Of a DNA stretch of 24,398 nt, positions 16,373-23,911 are shown piece by piece. The notes under the pieces are model-generated. The model made no database searches, was not told the origin of the DNA, and was given only the letters and a program-made list of their open reading frames with translations. How positions within the stretch are numbered: position 1 is the first letter of the stretch; each line of letters begins with the position of its first letter. A program made the translations under genes and the position numbers. Source of the DNA: a virus (lineage: Duplodnaviria; Caudoviricetes); the IMG/VR virus record IMGVR_UViG_3300045192_000015, positions 1-24,398 of that record; one strand, given 5' to 3'.

Positions 16373-18007
16373 TTAAGCCCCGGCGTTCTTGTATCCGAAG
16401 CGATAATCGGTAGCGCCACAACCGAAGTCATGTTCAACCGACATGCTGAAACCCTGTCGACCGAAAGGCTCATCCATGCGAACGCGCGGCGCTTCGTAGC
16501 CTTCCAGATAGCCCCAGCGGTAATTTGAACCGGATGCAGGATCTGCAAGCAGATGCCAGGCATTGCCTTCGATCTGATTGGTTTCGATCAATTCAAACTT
16601 GCCGGAGAAAATGTTGACGGTCGCAATGGTTGCAGGCGTGATCGACGCAAGGAACTTTTCAGCTTCGGTGAGCTTGTCCGGACCAACCAGCATGATGCGA
16701 GCAGCGTTCGAAAGCAGTGGATTACCATCAATGCTCTTTTGCTTGCTCATCGCCTTACGACCTTCGCCAACGGCGTCGACTGTGATGGCAGACGCGGTTC
16801 CGGCAAGGTTCTTGTGTTCGGCATGAAAGACCGTCTTGCCATCGGCAAGATTGCCGTTGAAGGCACCCGCATAGAAGGTAACTTCCTCGAACAAAGCCAC
16901 CGACGCACCATAACTTGTCAGCAGTTCCGAGATTGCGCCGAGATCATCGTTGATAAGCATCTGACGGCTGATATTGAGCGCAATCGCATAGCTGAATGCC
17001 TGGACCTGCTCTTTGCCTTCACCGAACGAGCCATACTTGATCTCGCCGTTCTCCAGTACCTTTTTCAGAAGCGGGAAATCGCCGACCTTGACGGTGGTGT
17101 CTGGACGGAAGTCACGAAAATTACGCTTACGCGCAAATCGCTTGAATGTCGGCTGGGCCAATGCGTAACGCTGTTCAAGTGTGCGATTAACAGCGCCTTC
17201 GAAGATTACAGGGAAGTCCGATGTTGAATGCGATGCACGGGTGAACACATCGTCGATATCGCGAGCATTCATCATGCGACGACCGCGATAGTTCACACTT
17301 TCAGCCGCGATATCTACAAGGCCCATACCCATGAACTGGCGAGCGGCAGCTGACGGACCAGCATCCGGTGTCGGCGCGCCAAGGCCATAGGCCAACGCTT
17401 CGATCTGCGCAGAACGACGGGTATCGCCTTCATCGCGGATCACATTGACGCGGCTGTCAGTCGGGGCATTCCGCTCATTATTGACCATGTGATCAAGCAG
17501 CAAACTGCGGAAAGCATCGACAGTCGTACCGGAGCGGACATGTTCACGGCCAAAGTCAGCAAAACCAGAACGTAAGGCCAGTTCTTCAATCGCGTTAGAA
17601 CGTTCACGTTCAGCGCGCACCGCTGCATCTGCGACAGCTTGCGGATCAGTGTTAACAGGGGGCGCATTTCGCTGTTCGTTTTCCAGTCGGGCAATATCGG
17701 CTCGCACCTGATCGGCTTCTGCCAGAATATCCGCATGTGCCTTTTCGATTGCGCGAACAGCCGCTTCGTCCAGATCGTCTGTGATTTCAGCACGCTTGGC
17801 TTCGGCCCGCGTGGTGATATCCGTGAGTTTGGCGCGCAGACCCAACAGAGCGATGTTAGCGCCAATGACATGCATACCGCTTGGTTGTGTGAGCATGCCA
17901 TGATCGAAAGATGCTGCATGCGATGGATCAGCTGCGAAGAACGCAAAAGCCAGACCGACGCAGAAGATTGCGGCGACGGTCGCGAAAATGTGAGCACCCT
18001 TTTTCAT
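16373..18007 (-). CDS. Major capsid protein precursor with N-terminal scaffold-like region and hydrophobic leader
   Basis: HSTSDFP, DFRP, ENGEIKYG, ISRQMLINDDLGA, YGYLEG-like (WGYLEG), HDFG motifs; coiled-coil AERER region; GAAGGAAG SD. Confidence 0.93.
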   Translation of the reverse strand: MKKGAHIFATVAAIFCVGLAFAFFAADPSHAASFDHGMLTQPSGMHVIGANIALLGLRAKLTDITTRAEAKRAEITDDLDEAAVRAIEKAHADILAEADQVRADIARLENEQRNAPPVNTDPQAVADAAVRAERERSNAIEELALRSGFADFGREHVRSGTTVDAFRSLLLDHMVNNERNAPTDSRVNVIRDEGDTRRSAQIEALAYGLGAPTPDAGPSAAARQFMGMGLVDIAAESVNYRGRRMMNARDIDDVFTRASHSTSDFPVIFEGAVNRTLEQRYALAQPTFKRFARKRNFRDFRPDTTVKVGDFPLLKKVLENGEIKYGSFGEGKEQVQAFSYAIALNISRQMLINDDLGAISELLTSYGASVALFEEVTFYAGAFNGNLADGKTVFHAEHKNLAGTASAITVDAVGEGRKAMSKQKSIDGNPLLSNAARIMLVGPDKLTEAEKFLASITPATIATVNIFSGKFELIETNQIEGNAWHLLADPASGSNYRWGYLEGYEAPRVRMDEPFGRQGFSMSVEHDFGCGATDYRFGYKNAGA

Positions 18008-18051
18008 GGTGTGCGCTTCCTTCTAAGTACCGGGCAAAACAAGCGCCGTCG

Positions 18052-18075
18052 GCCTGCAACCCCGGAGTTGCAGGC
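18052..18075 (-). promoter_or_regulatory. GC-rich hairpin in the protease-capsid intergenic region
   Basis: GCCTGCAAC-N6-GTTGCAGGC, 9-bp perfect stem, extendable; TTGTTTT follows a few nt later on the minus strand. Confidence 0.55.
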
Positions 18076-18101
18076 GGCAAACTGATAAATTGTCGTGATT
18101 G

Positions 18102-18755
18102 TCAGCCGATGCGGCGAACGGCTTCCGCCATTCTCATACGTGCAGCAGCTGCGGCAGTCGAAAAGCCTGCGCCCAAGTATGACAGTGGGAATGTGCCAGC
18201 CTGCGAGCGGACCTGCGCATCAGGATCTGCGGGGATTGTCACAAAGGAAATTTCGTTCGGCGTCCAGCGCTCGACAATAACCTTTTCGACCTCACCCTTT
18301 TTAGTAGCTTCCTCGACGCGGATCTTGTCGATGGAGTATCCAACCGACACATTCTTGATGATGCCGTCAGAGACGAGGCCAAACATTCGATCTGCCCGCT
18401 CATCAATTCCCGCTTTGGGAAAGCGAATACTCGCTTTACCTTCACCGCTATCAATCCACGCGCGTTCAACCACGGCGACCTGCGAAAACGTTGACCATGC
18501 GGAATGACTGTCGAGAACGGGAGCGCCCGCATTCATACGCGTGAGATCAATCGCTTTGTCGCTGACAACGAGAACCTCATCGAATGGAACGACCGTATCC
18601 CAGCCAACATAGCGACGGCGCCGTACGGTTGCGCCAGCTGTCCAGACGAGTTCAACCGTCCGTGTTTCGGCATTAATGCCGGAGGGAAGTAAGCGAACCT
18701 CCTGCATCTGCATTGGCAGACTATCCGGCATCTTGCGCAGATTAAGTTTCGTCAT
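18102..18755 (-). CDS. HK97-type prohead maturation protease
   Basis: GAPVLDSH (His), NVSVGY (Ser), W.P.EISFVTIPAD motifs. Start placed at MTKL after AAGGA. Confidence 0.92.
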   Translation of the reverse strand: MTKLNLRKMPDSLPMQMQEVRLLPSGINAETRTVELVWTAGATVRRRRYVGWDTVVPFDEVLVVSDKAIDLTRMNAGAPVLDSHSAWSTFSQVAVVERAWIDSGEGKASIRFPKAGIDERADRMFGLVSDGIIKNVSVGYSIDKIRVEEATKKGEVEKVIVERWTPNEISFVTIPADPDAQVRSQAGTFPLSYLGAGFSTAAAAARMRMAEAVRRIG

Positions 18756-20274
18756 CGTTTTCATCCTTGTCGGGAGGATCATCAGAATCGCTGTTTTGTT
18801 GCGTTTGTCCGGCCTGCGAGATGCGGCGCGGATCGCTGTCAAAGATCAAACCCTTGTCATCCAGCTTTTTGTTGAAAGCCTCAATCTCGTCGATCACGTC
18901 TTCTGGATTTTCACCCGTCTCAGCAATTGCGGATGGAAGGGACCGGAAACCTGCGCGGACTTCCAGAACTCTCGCTTTCACATCCTTCAGCGGATCCGCT
19001 GAATAGAAGCGAGGCGGCGACCACTCGGCTTCCACGGTCGGCGTCTGGATCTTGCCAGCCAGATATGCGGCCTCGCAAAACCAGTCCCACAGAGGCTGCA
19101 ACAGCATTGGAATGATCACCTGCCATTGCAGCATTGAAATCATCCGGCGAAAGCCTTCCAGCCCGATCTTGCTCGACGAGTAGTTAACCTTGTCGAGCCT
19201 GCCGGTCATAAGAGCGAACGGAACCCGCCAACCCGCAGCCACCGTATGCAACATCGAAGTCTTGTAAGGGTCGTAGCTGTCAGTGACAGCAGGCTGCGAG
19301 AACTTAATATCACGGCCACCGACAGCATTGAGGAACATGCCCGGTTCAACCTTTTCGACCCTCTGCCCACGAGCGTTGTAGAGGCCCGGTTGAAGTGCTT
19401 TTCCATCCTCACCGGTCATTGGCATACCGATATTGTCGTCAATATCGCCACCCGTCATGACACCGACGAGACAAGCTTCCAGCCTCTTTCGAACTAATTC
19501 GGCCTGCTCATATTCAGCCAGATCAAACGTGTCTGACATTGCAGGCGTACCCCATGGCACACCCCTCACCTGCGTGCGCTGCTTTTCGAAAACATGCGCA
19601 ATGTCAGCCGCAGGCACCGGCTTGGAAACAATGGTCGACTGCGGATCAAAGAAGCTGTTTCCGGGGTGCGAACCAAACATCCAATAGGCGCGTTTGCGTC
19701 CGATGGCATCAAACTCAATGCCTTGAATGGTTTTGCCGCCGCCAGACAATACACCCTCTTTCGTGGTGTCTATCAGATCTGATTCCAGCACCTGCAATTG
19801 CAGCGGAACCGGCAATCCATCCTCAAGTCTGCGGCGACGACGGCGCACGATACCGTCACCGCTTTCAAACATTTCCCGAACTGCAAGGGCCACGATCCCA
19901 TTAAAGTCGAGATCACCATCCGCATCACAGTGCTTGCTCCATTCAAGAAACAGCTTATTCAGTTCTTTATTCTTGGATCTGGGAATGATCCCATCACCAA
20001 TCGCATGACTGACAAGCTCGGATATCGCTTTTGCAGCGTAGGGATTGTTGCGGACAAGATCGCGCATGCGATCCCGAAGGACGCGACCCGCCCGCGTAAT
20101 CTCAGCATCAGCGGACGTGGACTTCGCCCGCCTACCCGATTTTAGCCGGCCGGTTTCCGCACCACTGTAGCTGCGCTGCGCAATCTCCATTGCGGCCCGC
20201 TGCTGCACCCGACGTAAGCCAGCCTGCGGCGAGACATAGCCAATGGCCTTATCCAGAATATTGGTGATGCTCAT
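18742..20274 (-). CDS. Portal protein, lambda gpB family
   Basis: LRDRMRDLVRNNPYA, GIEFD..G...AYW, QVRGVPW, VNYSS, DPLKD motifs; TGATG coupling to gpW. Confidence 0.96.
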   Translation of the reverse strand: MSITNILDKAIGYVSPQAGLRRVQQRAAMEIAQRSYSGAETGRLKSGRRAKSTSADAEITRAGRVLRDRMRDLVRNNPYAAKAISELVSHAIGDGIIPRSKNKELNKLFLEWSKHCDADGDLDFNGIVALAVREMFESGDGIVRRRRRRLEDGLPVPLQLQVLESDLIDTTKEGVLSGGGKTIQGIEFDAIGRKRAYWMFGSHPGNSFFDPQSTIVSKPVPAADIAHVFEKQRTQVRGVPWGTPAMSDTFDLAEYEQAELVRKRLEACLVGVMTGGDIDDNIGMPMTGEDGKALQPGLYNARGQRVEKVEPGMFLNAVGGRDIKFSQPAVTDSYDPYKTSMLHTVAAGWRVPFALMTGRLDKVNYSSSKIGLEGFRRMISMLQWQVIIPMLLQPLWDWFCEAAYLAGKIQTPTVEAEWSPPRFYSADPLKDVKARVLEVRAGFRSLPSAIAETGENPEDVIDEIEAFNKKLDDKGLIFDSDPRRISQAGQTQQNSDSDDPPDKDENDDET

Positions 20275-20468
20275 CAATCTAACGCCGCCAGTATGATACG
20301 AGACCGGCCTTGTCTGCGGGATCTGAGATCCGCAAGCGCCTCTCGCATATCTTTGAGGGAATGATATTCCACCTCGCGGCGCGTGCCGCCCGAATGGAAA
20401 ATGACTTTCTTTGCGCCTGTTGCTATCGCATCTTCGAGCGCTGCAATTTGATCATCTAACGTCGCCAT
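20274..20468 (-). CDS. gpW-like head-tail adaptor
   Basis: IAALEDAIATGAKKV...VEY.SL..MR.AL; lies between TerL and portal. Confidence 0.88.
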   Translation of the reverse strand: MATLDDQIAALEDAIATGAKKVIFHSGGTRREVEYHSLKDMREALADLRSRRQGRSRIILAALD

Positions 20469-20470
20469 GG

Positions 20471-22288
20471 CTATAACCACTCCGAAGGTGCGATTTCTGG
20501 TATGTTTGAAACCCGTTTGGTTTCAGGCGGCGTGGAAAGTTCGCCCTCGCGATGCGCCCAGTTGGCGTTGACCATCTGTCGGGCTGCAAAGGCGTAGACT
20601 GTGCAGTCAAGCGCTTCGTGTCGCCGCCCAGGCACCGGAACGAATTGCCGTATCGTCTGTCCGCGTGAATACTTGACAACCAATTGCTCACCCACGAGTT
20701 GCTCAAACCAAACATCCGGCAGAGCTTTCGAAAAACGCATGGAGCTGGTACGTGCCAAGCGACCGAAGATATGGCTTTTGATACCGTCAACACCGACAAT
20801 GAAAAGCTTACCGCCCTTTACGGTCGACTTGGATTTCTCAATCCATGGCCTGTTACCGCCGACACCCTTGATTGCGAACACGCGCCTGCGGAACCGTGGG
20901 AATGCGTAACGATAGACGGTTTCCATCGTCTCGCCGTCCGAGCTGTCGATGCAGGTTGCTTCAACCTTGATCTTGCCGCCAAGCGGATGATCCCACTGCG
21001 TACCAAGCGCGACATCCAATTCCGACCATGTTGTATGATCGTCGTAACGGCCCCAAATCACTTCGTGGCCGAGAGCATAAGGAATGCCCTCTTTGTCCCA
21101 ACCAATAAAGGTGACTTCCAGACGATCATCCTGAACGTCAACGCCTGCGGTGATGATCAGAACTTGGATAGGTATCCCAGTGGTGCCCGTTTCGCTCTCA
21201 TCCTCTGGCGCTTCCGCAACAAGACTGAAATCTTCGGCACGGCTTGCAAGCTCAATATCATCCAGCTCGTCGGTGTTTTCCTTCCAGCCTTGCGCGAGGA
21301 TCGTGTTGATGAAGGTCTGTAGCTTCGAAGGATCATTCTTCGCGCTCACAAACTCCTTAGCCAGCCGCCCCCATGATGCATTTGGCAGAAGCGAAATCAG
21401 GGCATTCATCCGAAACCCGGCATGGTCTTTGACTTCGGGCTTAAGTGCTCGCCACCGGCCATTCGTGACCATACCCGGCTTATGCCGTTCGTCGATTACG
21501 GAACCGCATTCCCGGCAGACATAATAAGTCTTTTCGGGTTCACCTTCCGGCCAGTGAATGTCAGACCATTGTATCTCGTGGAAGTGCCCGCATTCAGGGC
21601 AAGGTACCTCGTAAATGCGCTGATCCGAATCCTTGTAGGCTTGCAGCACGTGGCTGGTTTCTTCATAGACCGGCGTCGACCCCATAACGATCTTACGATC
21701 AGCAAATGAGAGTGTTCGACGTTCGGCGAGAAGAATGGGCGAACCTTCCTTCGTTGCCGTCATGCCGTCCGCTTCATCGATAAACAGAATGCGAACATTG
21801 TGACGGCGAAGGTTACGGGGTGCCTTAGCTGCGATGACTTTGAGAAAACCACCCGGAAAGCGACGGGACAACAGTGTGTTGCGCCCGCCTTCATCAACAT
21901 CACCAGTCAGCAGACCTTGCAGATCCGGTGACGCATCAAAGATCGGCTCAACGTCCGAAACCATATAGTCGCGGCAGTCAGCCTCTGTTGGCAACAGGGA
22001 CAGGATTGGCGATGGATCGTTCGAACAGAAACTTGCCATGGCACTGGTGAGCAGCGTGGTGAAACCGACGCGAACAGGCTTTACCAGTGTCACCCTTTCA
22101 ATTGCGGTATCACCGATGGTGTCTGCAATCTCTCGCTGCGGAGGCCATAGACGCACCCGACCCGTAAGCGATGAAACACCTTCAGGAAGGTAAACCGTTT
22201 TCTCGATCCAGTCCGACAGCTTCAGTTTCGGCGGAGGTGTTAGCCCCTCCCAAACTGCCCGCCGTAATATCGTCAGCGCTACCGTCAT
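20471..22288 (-). CDS. terL: Terminase large subunit, lambda gpA family
   Basis: KPVRVGFT Walker A variant, ILFIDEAD Walker B, GSTP, CPEC/CREC, GVDVQDDR nuclease, EALDCTVYA. Confidence 0.97.
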   Translation of the reverse strand: MTVALTILRRAVWEGLTPPPKLKLSDWIEKTVYLPEGVSSLTGRVRLWPPQREIADTIGDTAIERVTLVKPVRVGFTTLLTSAMASFCSNDPSPILSLLPTEADCRDYMVSDVEPIFDASPDLQGLLTGDVDEGGRNTLLSRRFPGGFLKVIAAKAPRNLRRHNVRILFIDEADGMTATKEGSPILLAERRTLSFADRKIVMGSTPVYEETSHVLQAYKDSDQRIYEVPCPECGHFHEIQWSDIHWPEGEPEKTYYVCRECGSVIDERHKPGMVTNGRWRALKPEVKDHAGFRMNALISLLPNASWGRLAKEFVSAKNDPSKLQTFINTILAQGWKENTDELDDIELASRAEDFSLVAEAPEDESETGTTGIPIQVLIITAGVDVQDDRLEVTFIGWDKEGIPYALGHEVIWGRYDDHTTWSELDVALGTQWDHPLGGKIKVEATCIDSSDGETMETVYRYAFPRFRRRVFAIKGVGGNRPWIEKSKSTVKGGKLFIVGVDGIKSHIFGRLARTSSMRFSKALPDVWFEQLVGEQLVVKYSRGQTIRQFVPVPGRRHEALDCTVYAFAARQMVNANWAHREGELSTPPETKRVSNIPEIAPSEWL

Positions 22289-22937
22289 CGTCCTTTTCAC
22301 CAAGCTCCGCTAACGCTGCTCGAATTTCTGTATCGATCAGGTCGACATCGTAAGTTGTGAGGTGCGGCAACATCTGTCGGCATCGAGAAGGAACCGACAT
22401 GACCATGTTTCGAATACGCCGTGCGATGGACACCCATTCGTGCCGCACTTCTGCGACCGTGATCAGTTCCTTGCGCATCGCGGCATTTTTCATTGCAGCC
22501 TGATCGGCTTGCTCACGTGCAAGGCGGGCACGTTCCGTTGCCAGCACGTCGACATTTTCACCGCCGCGCCCTGCTGCCATTGTTCGAATATGCTCGCAGT
22601 AACCTTGGACCGACTTTCTAAAGTCGAAGCGATTCCGCCCTGTCTTCACAATGATTCCACGTTCGGCATAATCAGAGATTGCCCGCTTCGACACTCCGAT
22701 CACATCAGCGAGGTCCAGCGCTGTGACGCTACCGTCGTCGACCGGCATTTCATCCTCTTGCGGCTGCTGAACTTCCGTAAACAGCTGCGCTTCGGGTTGG
22801 TCGACATGCTTTTTGTGTGTTTTCGCTGCGAAACTGGGGCTTACGCCGAATTTCTCCGCCGCCTGCCTAACTGTGTTGCCCTCATTGATGAAGTCAATCA
22901 CTTGCTGCCGCAGCTCGTCCGAATAGCCTTTAGCCAT
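22182..22937 (-). CDS. terS: Terminase small subunit (Nu1-like) with an extra N-terminal HTH
   Basis: Nu1-like winged HTH (DLADVIGVSKRAI...RFD...VQGYC), coiled coil ERARLAREQAD...KNA, position between cos and terL. Alternative start at 22748. Confidence 0.85.
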   Translation of the reverse strand: MAKGYSDELRQQVIDFINEGNTVRQAAEKFGVSPSFAAKTHKKHVDQPEAQLFTEVQQPQEDEMPVDDGSVTALDLADVIGVSKRAISDYAERGIIVKTGRNRFDFRKSVQGYCEHIRTMAAGRGGENVDVLATERARLAREQADQAAMKNAAMRKELITVAEVRHEWVSIARRIRNMVMSVPSRCRQMLPHLTTYDVDLIDTEIRAALAELGEKDDDGSADDITAGSLGGANTSAETEAVGLDRENGLPS

Positions 22938-22993
22938 CTGATTCCGATTCCATCCAAATGGCGGGGGAATCCCCCTATGATATTTCACACAGG

Positions 22994-23048
22994 GCGAAAT
23001 CCCGCAGTCGCGCTCACCCGCTCCGGTCACAGACCGGGGAAAGGACCC
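22994..23048 (-). other. Lambda-like cos site (cosQ, I2, cosN)
   Basis: Minus strand GGGTCCT-TTCC...(36 nt after cosQ)...GCGGGATTTCGC, versus lambda GGGTCCT-TTCC...(36 nt)...GCGGGTTTTCGC (lambda sequence from memory); directly upstream of terS. Confidence 0.85.
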
Positions 23049-23118
23049 AATGGAGGGGGTGGGGTCAGGGGTCGAAGGGTTGACCGGGTCGGTCGGGTGC
23101 CCTGCCCTGATCGGCAGC

Positions 23119-23688
23119 CTATGGCAGCAACTTCTTGATCGCTGCGTCGACACGCTCTTGAAGCAATGGCGCTGCCATACGTTCGAATGCAGCCTTGGTT
23201 GATCCCTTGGTCATTTCCACTGGGATAAACACATCCGACCGGGTGTAGCTAATACGACTGCCTGACTTGTTAAGCCGGTGAAAGACGTGTCCGTAAAACT
23301 TTGGCACATCCTGTCGGTTCGGAAACTTGCCACCCTTCATAAACGACCCCGCAAAAACCTTGCGCTGTCCGAATGGCTTGGCCGAGACACCCTTGCGGGT
23401 TTCCTTCGGCGACAGGTATTTCAGGCGAATGTTACCGCCTCGCGTGACCATATCGTAAGAAAGCTTGCCGGGTCTTGCGACACCGGGATCGCCAATTGCT
23501 TTGACGATTGTCTTACGCTGCAAGCCGGTCTGTTTCGTCAGCGCACGAATAACTTGCGTCTTCGCCCTGTTGCCAACCTGATTGACGATACGTGGCAGCA
23601 CTTTAGGAAAGCGTGTGTTCAGCTGGTTAAGCCTGCTACCAAACAGTGACAGGTGCTTGTCAGCCCAGTGCGCCGTTATCGTTGCCAT
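23119..23688 (-). CDS. Probable gpZ-like minor tail/neck protein
   Basis: Very basic; RIVNQVGNRAKTQV.R.LTKQTGLQRKTI and FAGSF patterns resemble the lambda gpZ family; AGAGG SD. Confidence 0.6.
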   Translation of the reverse strand: MATITAHWADKHLSLFGSRLNQLNTRFPKVLPRIVNQVGNRAKTQVIRALTKQTGLQRKTIVKAIGDPGVARPGKLSYDMVTRGGNIRLKYLSPKETRKGVSAKPFGQRKVFAGSFMKGGKFPNRQDVPKFYGHVFHRLNKSGSRISYTRSDVFIPVEMTKGSTKAAFERMAAPLLQERVDAAIKKLLP

Positions 23689-23702
23689 GAGCAGCCTCTA
23701 TA

Positions 23703-23732
23703 GAAAATGGAAAGAGCGCCTCAGGGGCGCTC
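23703..23732 (-). terminator. Intrinsic terminator in front of the late operon
   Basis: GAGCGCC-CCTGA-GGCGCTC followed by TTTCCATTTTC, ending about 15 nt before the first late ATG. Confidence 0.75.
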
Positions 23733-23754
23733 AATGGTATCGGTGATTGGTAGA

Positions 23755-23911
23755 CATAGCTTACGCACTGGCCCTGAATCGGTGTCTCAAGTTTGAGACT
23801 GTCAGGGCGGGGTCCGACCGGCGTACCAACCTCAGAACTTTCGTTCCCGCTGTCTAGGCGTTCTCAGAGGCTCACTACAGGATCATCGGATTATCCGTGA
23901 GCAGAATACGC
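23755..23911 (-). ncRNA. Putative structured cis-regulatory leader RNA
   Basis: Nested stems found by eye: 23911-23905 with 23827-23821; GCTCAC/GTGAGC; CCTC/GAGG with a GAAC-GAAA-GTTC tetraloop; GCCCTGA/TCAGGGC enclosing GTCTCA/TGAGAC. Confidence 0.55.

Noticed and set aside
22748-22937. Intact IS630 element
   Set aside because: Only an HTH-like segment is present; no DDE domain or terminal inverted repeats found.
22938-23153. 72-aa N-terminal extension of terS in the ORF track
   Set aside because: It crosses the cos site and G-tract, overlaps the upstream gene and is Pro-rich nonsense; better starts exist at 22937 and 22748.
338-23649. Numerous antisense and alternate-frame ORFs (e.g. 9264-10022, 16553-17227, 20684-21322, 22362-23138)
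   Set aside because: They lie within well-supported structural genes and are the expected shadows of GC-biased codon usage.
23755-23911. tRNA or CRISPR array in the leader
   Set aside because: No cloverleaf with T-loop/CCA and no regularly spaced direct repeats.
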